This document shows, piece by piece, positions 38,854 through 49,952 of a stretch of DNA of 64,000 bases (position 1 is its first letter; each line of letters opens with the position of its first letter). The stretch lies in the NCBI GenBank assembly GCA_964016885.1, contig OZ024741.1:183024001-183088000 (forward strand), in the 5' to 3' direction. The position numbers and the translations under genes are program-made. The stretch comes from Eledone cirrhosa (Eukaryota). The notes under the pieces were generated by a model, which ran no database searches, was not told the DNA's origin, and worked only from the letters and a program-made list of their open reading frames with translations.

Positions 38854-40694
38854 TTATACTTCTCTTAGGTCAGTGTTGTTTGTTTGGGTGTTGTTGTTGT
38901 TCCACTCATTCTTTCTGTTTAGCTTTGGTCTTCTAATTTCTATTTCACTGGCCTCTCTGATTTGCCTATCTGCTGGGTCATTCCTATGTTTAGATATTAT
39001 TCTAATTTCTATGTTGTCTATGTTACCGTCATGTTGTTGTCTAGCATGTTCGTATAGTACTGACCCGTTTTTTCGTCCTTTTAGTTCCCCCCAGTGTTGG
39101 TCTATCCTTTCACCTATGCTACGAGCTGTCTCACCTATGTATGTTGTTGTCGTGTTTCTGCAAGTACCCTCTGTACATCTTATGCTATAGACTACGTTTC
39201 TAGTTTTACAGTTTATCCGGGGGTTCACCTTACATATGATACATTTCCTATTGGTACAGTGGGTTTTCTTAAAAGGGTAGGTTTTGCTGATCAGGGATTT
39301 TATGGTGGTTCCTGGCTTTTCTACCACCTTTATTTTTAAGTGGGTCTTTCTCAGGGCCTTTCTACACTGGTTAGCTAATTTCCCTCCAGGGGTGGCGTCC
39401 ACAAACATGACACTCTGATATCTCTGGTTGTCGTACCATGATGTGGCCTTCCCTATCTTATGTCTAGCCCTATCTAAGCTATTCCATGATTTGCTCCTGT
39501 ATAGTGGGCAAATTCCTTTCATGTCCAGTTCTATGAGGGTCTTATACTTTTCCATGGCTCCTTCGTATACTCTGACTCTGTCTCTTTGGTTGTAGCCAGA
39601 GAACTGCATGCGGTTGATGAAGTGTTGGATGTGTCCTTCCATTTCTGTTGGGTCGCACATGCTGGACACATTCTTCATCACTCGTACCAAATCTGTGATC
39701 AGAATATTAAACTTAGCACTACTGGACATTGCTGAGTTTTTGAGTATCAGGTATTTGGAGGCCATGGGTTTAGCATAGTGTGAGTGGAGAATTTGGGCTC
39801 TCTCGTCTATAGTGTTAATCCAGAGTTCTGTGTCTAATACAGGTAGTCTATTGTTAGGGTGTTTGGAAGGGAAGTCTATAGTTACAGTTATACTCTGGTG
39901 TATGGAATTAGCTATCTGCTGGATGCTTTCCATCGTGCTACGTTCTAAATCAAACTTGTTAGTGTTCTCTAGTGGGGGTGTTCTTATAGCTATATTGATA
40001 TCGTCTACATAACGAGAGTACATGATGAGGTCTATGGAGCTTTCATTAAGGAGATCTTTAAGTCTCCTTTCCCACCATACCATGAAAAGGTTGGCAACAT
40101 CACCAGCTATGCTGACGCCGATGGCTGCTCCCTCATTTTGGGTGTAGATTTTCTCATTGAACTTAAATATGTGGCCCTTTAGGGTAGTTTTGATACTAGC
40201 CCCTATTGCATGTGCGACCATTTTTCTTACCTGATCAGTGTTTTGGGGGGTCCGTATAGCTTTGGTCCACCCAATCCACCTTCCTATGGGAGTCTTTTTA
40301 GCCATTGAGGTTATGGTGGGGGGTCTACCTCTTATAGGTCTACTAGGGCAGAAACATCTATGGTCATGGCTGTCTAGGTAGTCAGTGTCGTAGGTAAGTC
40401 TAAGTAGGAGGCCCAGTTCGTCTGTGTCGACGTCGCAGAACTCCACCTCACTCTCAATGATCATCTCCACACATCTTTTCACAGCAAAATCAATGTTAAT
40501 GGATGGGTACAGTGACACCACATCCATGCTGCCTATTATGCAGTTGGATAGGCTCCTGTTTTTGTTGCACTCACTGATTCTGCTGAGGAGGTCCTCTGTA
40601 CTTTCACATACATCTGGGGACATCTTGATTATGGGGCGTATAACCACTGAGAGGAAGTAGGAGATCCTGTAGTTGCTAGCTATATTAGCTCCGC
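38854..40694 (-). pseudogene. Inverted 5'-truncated copy of the PLE ORF
   Basis: 597-aa translation matches the C-terminus of the 1114-aa ORF except HDHRC versus HDLRC and a GTG/ATG change. Confidence 0.9.
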
Positions 40695-40725
40695 TGAACG
40701 GCTAAAACACACAATAACAGTTAAT

Positions 40726-43700
40726 ATGAAAAGAACAACATACACAAAAGTCAACGCACTCTACAGACAAAAACGCATCAACGGTAAGGAAATTCGAAAT
40801 CTCATCACAGCAAACGAGAGAGATGACTTCATGAGCGTCATCCGACGCGAAACGAAATATGCTCAAAACGAATGCTGTAGGCATTTCAAGAAGAAATTAG
40901 AATGGATGAATAAGAAAAAACTACAAGAAAGGAAAATCGAATATTCTCAAAAATACCCAGATAACATCGACAACATCCGTATGAGTGATGTAAAACTACC
41001 GGAAGAATTTACCAATGACCACACAGTAAATATCTATGGGAACACTTTAATCAGTGAACAAGAACAACAAATCCTAAAGTTACCACCAAAATTTGCCATC
41101 TACAAAAAGATTAACCCTATGGAATGCAAAACGAAGCTGGAAAAGTGTTTCACAAAAATACGTTGGAATGCAAAGGTAAACAACAACAACAATAATAACG
41201 GTAGTAGTAATATAAACAATAACTCTGGGTATAGAAATAACAGCCATAACCATAACAATGGCAGGAAAGTGAGAAATAGTGATAATGGTAATAATACTAG
41301 CGATAGACAGAACAACAACAACCACAATAATAATAATAATAGAAACGTTAACCACAGACACAGCAACAGTGACCACAGTAGTAATAACGGTAACAATACG
41401 AACAACAACAACAACAATAACCACAGTGGTAATAATGGAAATAGTACATGTAGCAACATCAACAAAAACAAGAAACATAATAATAGTAACAACCACAATG
41501 GTAGAAATAGCAGTAACAACAACAACAATAACGGTGAAGTAAACAACAATACATCTAGCAATCATAACAATAATAATATTAATGCTAATGATAGAAACAA
41601 CAACAACCACCATGATAACAATAATAGCAACACACACAACTATGACGATAGAAATAACGACAACCCCTTAGAGAAACTATTTTTCAACCCAGCTGACAAA
41701 ACATATAAGATGGGTAATATCTATCCTACGAGGTTACCCTTTAATAAAAGAGTTTGCATACCACAGCAAATAGATGACGAGACGGAGGCACAGTTCACCA
41801 TAGCTAGAAATAAGATTAGACAAGTAGTAGACAGGTACACTATGAGACAGAACAGACCAGAGGCCCAACAACTTGGGATAAAACCTGTAGAAGGCTTGGT
41901 TAGCCTCAAGCAGCGCACAAGGGATGGTGAGGTAGTGTGTCTACCCACAGATAAGTCTGGTAGGATGTCAATAGATAGCATGCCGAACTACATCGAGGCA
42001 ATGCAACCCCACATCACCAACACGAGCGAAGTTGCACAACTAACACACGATGGGAGAGAAAAAATCCTCAACGCTCACATGATGATGTGGACTGACATCC
42101 TAAAGCCAAGCAGACGCACTGCCAACAACTTCCAGGCGTCTAACAATGGCATACCACCCTTGTATGGGCTCCGCAAAGACCACAAGACAGTCGACGACCC
42201 GACAACAGGACCACCAACAAGACCCGTATGCGGAGCTAATATAGCTAGCAACTACAGGATCTCCTACTTCCTCTCAATGGTTATACGCCCCATAATCAAG
42301 ATGTCCCCAGATGTATGTGAAAGTACAGAGGACCTCCTCAGCAGAATCAGTGAGTGCAACAAAAACAGGAGCCTATCCAACTGCATAATAGGCAGCATGG
42401 ATGTGGTGTCACTGTACCCATCCATTAACATTGATTTTGCTGTGAAAAGATGTGTGGAGATGATCATTGAGAGTGAGGTGGAGTTCTGCGACGTCGACAC
42501 AGACGAACTGGGCCTCCTACTTAGACTTACCTACGACACTGACTACCTAGACAGCCATGACCTTAGATGTTTCTGCCCTAGTAGACCTATAAGAGGTAGA
42601 CCCCCCACCATAACCTCAATGGCTAAAAAGACTCCCATAGGAAGGTGGATTGGGTGGACCAAAGCTATACGGACCCCCCAAAACACTGATCAGGTAAGAA
42701 AAATGGTCGCACATGCAATAGGGGCTAGTATCAAAACTACCCTAAAGGGCCACATATTTAAGTTCAATGAGAAAATCTACACCCAAAATGAGGGAGCAGC
42801 CATCGGCGTCAGCATAGCTGGTGATGTTGCCAACCTTTTCATGGTATGGTGGGAAAGGAGACTTAAAGATCTCCTTAATGAAAGCTCCATAGACCTCATC
42901 ATGTACTCTCGTTATGTAGACGATATCAATATAGCTATAAGAACACCCCCACTAGAGAACACTAACAAGTTTGATTTAGAACGTAGCACGATGGAAAGCA
43001 TCCAGCAGATAGCTAATTCCATACACCAGAGTATAACTGTAACTATAGACTTCCCTTCCAAACACCCTAACAATAGACTACCTGTATTAGACACAGAACT
43101 CTGGATTAACACTATAGACGAGAGAGCCCAAATTCTCCACTCACACTATGCTAAACCCATGGCCTCCAAATACCTGATACTCAAAAACTCAGCAATGTCC
43201 AGTAGTGCTAAGTTTAATATTCTGATCACAGATTTGGTACGAGTGATGAAGAATGTGTCCAGCATGTGCGACCCAACAGAAATGGAAGGACACATCCAAC
43301 ACTTCATCAACCGCATGCAGTTCTCTGGCTACAACCAAAGAGACAGAGTCAGAGTATACGAAGGAGCCATGGAAAAGTATAAGACCCTCATAGAACTGGA
43401 CATGAAAGGAATTTGCCCACTATACAGGAGCAAATCATGGAATAGCTTAGATAGGGCTAGACATAAGATAGGGAAGGCCACATCATGGTACGACAACCAG
43501 AGATATCAGAGTGTCATGTTTGTGGACGCCACCCCTGGAGGGAAATTAGCTAACCAGTGTAGAAAGGCCCTGAGAAAGACCCACTTAAAAATAAAGGTGG
43601 TAGAAAAGCCAGGAACCACCATAAAATCCCTGATCAGCAAAACCTACCCTTTTAAGAAAACCCACTGTACCAATAGGAAATGTATCATATGTAAGGTGAA

Positions 43701-44070
43701 CCCCCGGATAAACTGTAAAACTAGAAACGTAGTCTATAGCATAAGATGTACAGAGGGTACTTGCAGAAACACGACAACAACATACATAGGTGAGACAGCT
43801 CGTAGCATAGGTGAAAGGATAGACCAACACTGGGGGGAACTAAAAGGACGAAAAAACGGGTCAGTACTATACGAACATGCTAGACAACAACATGACGGTA
43901 ACATAGACAACATAGAAATTAGAATAATATCTAAACATAGGAATGACCCAGCAGATAGGCAAATCAGAGAGGCCAGTGAAATAGAAATTAGAAGACCAAA
44001 GCTAAACAGAAAGAATGAGTGGAACAACAACAACACCCAAACAAACAACACTGACCTAAGAGAAGTATAA
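40726..44070 (+). CDS. PLE polyprotein: Asn-rich insert, RT, Cys linker, GIY-YIG endonuclease; probably 5'-truncated
   Basis: LPTDKSG, LYGLRKDHK, RPVC, SMDVVSLYPSI, QNEGAAIG, SRYVDDI, LPVLD; CTNRKCIIC; VVYSIRC...YIGETAR..ER..H; frame is open back to the inversion junction. Confidence 0.93.
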   Translation: MKRTTYTKVNALYRQKRINGKEIRNLITANERDDFMSVIRRETKYAQNECCRHFKKKLEWMNKKKLQERKIEYSQKYPDNIDNIRMSDVKLPEEFTNDHTVNIYGNTLISEQEQQILKLPPKFAIYKKINPMECKTKLEKCFTKIRWNAKVNNNNNNNGSSNINNNSGYRNNSHNHNNGRKVRNSDNGNNTSDRQNNNNHNNNNNRNVNHRHSNSDHSSNNGNNTNNNNNNNHSGNNGNSTCSNINKNKKHNNSNNHNGRNSSNNNNNNGEVNNNTSSNHNNNNINANDRNNNNHHDNNNSNTHNYDDRNNDNPLEKLFFNPADKTYKMGNIYPTRLPFNKRVCIPQQIDDETEAQFTIARNKIRQVVDRYTMRQNRPEAQQLGIKPVEGLVSLKQRTRDGEVVCLPTDKSGRMSIDSMPNYIEAMQPHITNTSEVAQLTHDGREKILNAHMMMWTDILKPSRRTANNFQASNNGIPPLYGLRKDHKTVDDPTTGPPTRPVCGANIASNYRISYFLSMVIRPIIKMSPDVCESTEDLLSRISECNKNRSLSNCIIGSMDVVSLYPSINIDFAVKRCVEMIIESEVEFCDVDTDELGLLLRLTYDTDYLDSHDLRCFCPSRPIRGRPPTITSMAKKTPIGRWIGWTKAIRTPQNTDQVRKMVAHAIGASIKTTLKGHIFKFNEKIYTQNEGAAIGVSIAGDVANLFMVWWERRLKDLLNESSIDLIMYSRYVDDINIAIRTPPLENTNKFDLERSTMESIQQIANSIHQSITVTIDFPSKHPNNRLPVLDTELWINTIDERAQILHSHYAKPMASKYLILKNSAMSSSAKFNILITDLVRVMKNVSSMCDPTEMEGHIQHFINRMQFSGYNQRDRVRVYEGAMEKYKTLIELDMKGICPLYRSKSWNSLDRARHKIGKATSWYDNQRYQSVMFVDATPGGKLANQCRKALRKTHLKIKVVEKPGTTIKSLISKTYPFKKTHCTNRKCIICKVNPRINCKTRNVVYSIRCTEGTCRNTTTTYIGETARSIGERIDQHWGELKGRKNGSVLYEHARQQHDGNIDNIEIRIISKHRNDPADRQIREASEIEIRRPKLNRKNEWNNNNTQTNNTDLREV

Positions 44071-44340
44071 ATAAATAAGTAAATTAAATAAAATAAAATA
44101 AGATAAATAAATACATACACAAGCACATAAACACACACTAGTCACCCAGCAGACACAACACTATACACACTAGTCACACATCACACATAACACTATACAC
44201 ACACGCAAACGCATGCGCAAAGAAGACAAAATAAAATAAGATAAACAAACAAGCAAATAAATAAATAAATATATAGACAGACTGAACAAAAAAAATGGCG
44301 TAGACATACAACACAACAGGAGGAACAATGAATATAACAC

Positions 44341-44378
44341 CACTGACGATGTTGCAGATGTGCAACGAAAGATTTATG
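44341..44378 (+). ncRNA. Minimal hammerhead-like motif in the PLE 3' region (mirror copy 38546-38583, minus)
   Basis: ca-CTGACGA-tGTTGCA gatg TGCAAC-GAAAG-AT-TTA-tg; strong stem II, only 2-bp stem I. Confidence 0.55.
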
Positions 44379-44592
44379 TAAATTATGTAAACTATATATA
44401 TATGTGTTTGTCTATATTGTATCTGTATTATTTTTGACCGCCGGTCAGTCAATGGCAACATTGAGGACCGAGTAAGTTAGATCGCAGATATATATATATA
44501 AAAGACAGCGAGAAGCGAAAACCAACCAAACAGTGAGTGTGTTCTGTTATTAATTCTGGCAATATTACGCAAATATGACCCTCCCCAAATAT

Positions 44593-44679
<87 letters not shown>

Positions 44680-44728
44680 AATGAATGAAGGTTTTTAAAA
44701 TCCAAATTCAATAAACAGACCAGGATTT

Positions 44729-44788
44729 TTTCATTCTGATGATTGAAAGCAACATTTTTTGCTTTTAAGAAACCACTGGTAAGTGGAA
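44729..44788 (+). ncRNA. Type-I hammerhead ribozyme
   Basis: tttcatt-CTGATGA-ttgaaagcaa...ttgcttttaa-GAAAC-CACTG-GTA-agtggaa. Confidence 0.82.
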
Positions 44789-44813
44789 TAATTGCCTTAT
44801 GTTGTTTATTACA

Positions 44814-44867
<54 letters not shown>

Positions 44868-44910
44868 CATATATGTCCCACCATCGCAAGCAGGGAAAAG
44901 CGGACGTAAA

Positions 44911-44999
<89 letters not shown>

Positions 45000-45223
45000 C
45001 ACTTACACATATATATATATACACACACACAGAAATATATAATGCACTGGTGTGTCCTAAGCAACATGTTTACAATGTGGGTATTAAATTGGTGCAGTTA
45101 TGTATGTTTTACAGCAATGTGAGAAAATAATATAATAAAATGAAAAGGTAAAGAAATAATATAACAGACAATAGATATCTTGTTATTGGTTTAAGTTTAA
45201 CTATTGAAGTGATAGACAGATAG

Positions 45224-45272
<49 letters not shown>

Positions 45273-45275
45273 AGC

Positions 45276-45307
<32 letters not shown>

Positions 45308-45672
45308 ATTATTATTATGTAATAAACAACATAAGGCAATTATTCCATTTACCAGTGGTTTCTTAAAAGCAAAGGAATGAAAAAATCCTGGTTTGTTTAT
45401 TGAATTTGGATTTTAAAAAACCCGGGTATATTTTTGATTGAATAATCCAAATCATAAAGATCCATGGTGTATGTTGGTTAAATTCCTGAAAACTGTAGAG
45501 TGCTCAACTAATCGGGCTGGAAAGTGCCAATCGTATATGTAATATAGAATATGCTTCGATCAATCCCGGTTGGAGCTGTATAAATGACGTAATTCCATCG
45601 GAAAAGTCCAGGAAAAAAGAGTGCTCTATGTAGGCAACAGAGCTTAATTATTATTATTATGTAAGGCAATTA

Positions 45673-45732
45673 TTCCATTTACCAGTGGTTTCTTAAAAGC
45701 AAAAGGTTTTGCTTTCAATCCTCAGAATGAAA
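45673..45732 (-). ncRNA. Type-I hammerhead, same family as 44729; internally deleted copy at 45343-45382
   Basis: tttcatt-CTGAGGA-ttgaaagcaaaa cc ttttgcttttaa-GAAAC-CACTG-GTA-aatggaa. Confidence 0.82.
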
Positions 45733-45765
45733 AAATCCTGGTTTGTTTATTGAATTTGGATTTTA

Positions 45766-45820
<55 letters not shown>

Positions 45821-46108
45821 AATAAAATGTGGAGAGGAGGCACACGAGTTCGGATATATATATATATGAAAACAGGGAGAAAGAGACGATTATGAGGAAG
45901 AAAAATATATATAATAGACAATAATTAAATATATAAATAGATAAATAAATGCCATTGTTAAATAATAAATAAATCAACTAATACCTTAACACTTCACACA
46001 AAGTAAAACATTTCGTTTTAATCATTTTCTAACCCAGAAAAAAGAGAGAGAGACATAAAAAGGAAAAAAAAAATTTTTTCTTCCTCATAATCGTCTCTTT
46101 CTCCCTGT

Positions 46109-46197
<89 letters not shown>

Positions 46198-46198
46198 C

Positions 46199-46256
<58 letters not shown>

Positions 46257-46498
46257 TTTTCTTTATTAACCACAAGGGTTCACATAAAGTAGACATTAAG
46301 GACAGTACAGGACAATACAGGACGGTACAAATGGGCATTTCTGCGTGTAAAAAAACAGAGGTTGAAATAAAATAACAAAGAAAAATTCCCCAATAGGGGG
46401 GAGACTTCCAAGGGACATTTGTGGAGAAAGCCCATTAAAAGACCACAGTGGCCCTGACCACCAGGGCAAGTGCCCTCTCCCAGTTTTCCACCTTTAAT

Positions 46499-49400
46499 TT
46501 ACAGACACATACTCAGAGAAGGCCCATTCATTCGGGCCATACTTGCTTCTCTCACCCATCTTTCAACAAAATGCTGGGAAGAGAGCACTTCCCTCTCTAC
46601 CCTGATTTTCCTTTTCAAATGAAATTTGAAAAAGTTAATCAGGGCATCACCGAAGAGGTAAGTGCTCGTCTTCAGCCCTTTCAAACGTGTCCACCATACT
46701 ATCTCTTTCGCCATGGCCACCAGACAGATAAAAACTGCCTGCCCTTCCAGGCTAAAGGAAGGGGGCGGGGCAATCCTCACGATGGACTCAGCTGATAGCC
46801 GGATCCGTCCTACACGTGACAGCAGGTGTTCGACATAAACCCACAAGTCAGCAATGCTCGGACACTGGACGAGTGCGTGCAGGACGGTTTCGTCGCCCTG
46901 CGCGCATCTCGGACATGCCCGGCTGATGGCACCTCCATGCCTGTAGAGTTTATCCCGAACTGGCAAAGCTCCTCGGTAGCACTGCCAGGCCAGGGATTTA
47001 TGGAAGTTGTCCATAGGCCCCGGCCCGAAAGTCCTTCCGAAGAGATTGGCTAGTTGATTTTCGTCGACGCCTAGAGTTTCTCCAAGTACGTCGTCGCTCT
47101 TCCCCTCCACTAATCCCCTATAGAACGCCAAGGTGGAGTTTCCACCGATCACATTGCCCGATTGGTCGAGGGCTGTGAGCGCCTGAAGACATTCCAGTCT
47201 CCAAGCGCTCCCTCTCGGTCTTCGTTTGACCCAGGACTGCAGCTCCGTCAAGGAGACGAGCTGGGGAAAAACGCGTCTTGCAAACGGCGACCACACCTGA
47301 TCACCGTCGAGAAACAGGTGGAGATGTCGTAGCCTGAGTGCGTGTCTGCGCATCATCAGCCACGGCATGCCCAGCCCTCCACGTAGCGGGTGTTAACAGC
47401 AGATGGACCGCCTGACCATCGGAGCGCGTCCCTTCCACAAGAAGCGAAAGAGCAAACGCTCCAGCGCAGTCAGGCGGGGCTTAGGACAAGGTACGACGGT
47501 CAGGCGGTAGTAGATGACGGATGCGATGTACGCATTCGCCACCTCCGCTCGACCTTTCAGGGATAGCTTCCTCTCGGCCCATTTCTGGGTGAGAGAAGCC
47601 ACCCTGCTCGTCACCTCGTCCCAGTTTTTGTCCGTCTGGAGGTCTGGACCGAACCAGACCCCTAGCAATTTAACCGGTCCGTCCGTCCAGCGCCCGACGA
47701 CGCTGTTGGACGGCATGGACCTGCCTCTCCAGGTGCCGAGCTGCAGGCCCACTGACTTTTCCTGGTTGATCATTGCTCCTGTCACCGCTTCGTATTCTCT
47801 TAGTGTAGTGCCCATCGCCTCGATGTGTTTGGCGTTCGACACCACTACGGTGACATCGTCGGCATATGCTGACACGGATCTTCCGCATCCTAGTTCGCGC
47901 GGGACCCCCCTCAACGTCTCCAGTTTGTGCAGTAATGGCTCGAGAGTCAATACGTACAATAGGGACGAGAGGGGACATCCTTGGCGGACCGAGCGCATGA
48001 TGTTGAACGGTTCCGAAAGGTGACCGTTCACTCTCACTACAGAGCAGATGTCGCTGTGCATGGCAGCGATCCAGCCTCTGAAGACGGGCCCAAAGCCAGC
48101 CGCCCTCAGGACTGCCGTTAGGTAACGATGGTCGACCCTATCGAAGGCTTTCGACTGATCTAAATTGATCAAAGACCCACCCGTGCCAGGTTCCCTAGCT
48201 ACCCTCTCTACGATGTATCGCATGAGGTGGAGGTTGTCGTGGATGGATCTGTCGGGAATGGCGCATGTCTGTGCCTCTCCCACCAGACCACCAACGACAA
48301 GCGCCAACCTCTTTGCTAGCACCTTGGCCAAAATCTTGAACTCTGTGTTTAGCAGAGTTATGGGCCTAAAATTATCTATGTTATCCCCCTTGTTCGGATC
48401 CTTTCTCAGCAGCGCCACCGCTCCTCGGCTCACAGAGCTGGGAATTCTCCCGTTCTGTTGCCAGTTGCAGTAGACGTCCGCCAAGAGGCCTCCGAACAAG
48501 TTTGGCATTTGTACGTAAAGTTCATAGGGCAGACCATCCAAACCAGGCGATTTACCCCTTGTGCAACTAGTCATTGCATCCCGTACTTCAGCGGTTGTTA
48601 TCGGCTTTTCGCAACACTCCGCCTCAGTGGCCGAAAGCCGCGGCAGTCCGTCGAGGTAGACACTAAAGTCCATCCCTCGATCCGGCCCGCCACTGCCCCC
48701 GAACAGTTGAGCGAAGTGTCGCTGAAAAGCTTCACACATTTGCCCGGGATCGAGTAGCATGCGCCCGTCGTGGTCCACCAAAGACCGGATCGTGGCTTTG
48801 TTGCCACGACGCGCCTCCGCCACTCGGGCCCATTGAACGGCTTTCGTCCCCTCGTGTCTGAGAGCACGCACCCTAGCTCTGACAACGCAGCCTTCGTGCT
48901 TTGCATTGAAGAATTGGTCAAGGGCCAATTTCGCCGCAAGTACGTCGGTCGCGATGCCTTTGCTAAGCGCCTCATCTAATTTTCTAACTAATTCTCCCTC
49001 TGCTCTATTTTTCTCTATTGCTAAAGTCTTACTAAACCTAATGGACTCTATTCTAATTGCTCTTTTCAGAGCAAACCACCACTTGTTGTTGACGATGGCC
49101 CCCGTCAACGCCCGCTTAACTAGTTCGCTAATCCGGTCTCTGTAGGCCTTGCGCGCTGGTAAGGACGCGTTTAGCTTCCAGTAGCCGGGTCCTCGTCTAT
49201 GAAGCCTATCTAAGTCAAGCACACAGATCACGAATTTGTGGTCCGTGTAGCTGACTATCTTTAATTGTGGACAGCCTATGCTAGACCTATCTATTTCCCT
49301 ACAAAATACTCTATCTAGATATGATCTGGATGACCCTATGCGATTTGTCCAAGTCCACATTGGTACATTCGGGAAATCCATTCGGTACCTGTCAGACAGT

Positions 49401-49918
49401 TCAAAACGTCTGAGCAGGTTGGTGAGACTCTTGCACCCTCCTTCCCTATCCACTAATCCCACACAATCCCAGCGTGCATCTAAGATCCCGTTCCAGTCGC
49501 CCACTAACACTAAAGAGCGGGACGTTCCAAGAAAGGTCTCCAGACGCCTGAAGAAATCAGGCCGCCCTGCTCCTGTCGGGGCATAGACGGCCACTAACCT
49601 GAAAGCTTGCCCGTCTCCGCTGGTCACGTCCAGCACCACCAACTTACCTTCTGGGTCCAGGAAGATGGCCCGTATGGCAAGATCCAAACCTCTCCGAAAA
49701 AGCACAGCAACTCCTCCCCCCGATCCCGGACGGCTGGGAGATGCGTACACATCGTAGCCGCCGAAGATCGGTGCAAAGGCCCGTGCTTCGGAGATTCTGG
49801 TCTCGCTGATGGCCACTACATCTATGTTTAGTGACCTGAGGTCGTTGAGCAGGTGGCCCTGCTTCCATGACGACCCCAAGCCACGCGCATTTATGCTGCC
49901 TATTCTGAGTGAGGTCAT
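46499..49918 (-). pseudogene. LINE ORF2 (APE endonuclease, RT, zinc-binding C-terminus) with one in-frame stop at 47393-47395
   Basis: SINARGL, SETR, VYAP, GDWN, YLDRVF, TDH; FRPITLLN, DQSKAFDRV, VRQGCPLS, YADD; CPRC...ETVLHALVQC. Confidence 0.9.
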
Positions 49919-49952
49919 GTTGAAAAGGAGTGGAAAAGATGGGAAAGACCAC

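Larger units (their letters stand above)
38324..44600. mobile_element. Penelope-like element with inverted partial duplication, flanked by (TA)n
   Basis: 38324-40694 is the reverse complement of 42230-44600 (2371 bp; I saw only two differences); RT plus GIY-YIG ORF. Confidence 0.95.

Noticed and set aside
41080-41637. Hydrophobic membrane-like ORFs
   Set aside because: Antisense or off-frame readings of the Asn-rich tract.
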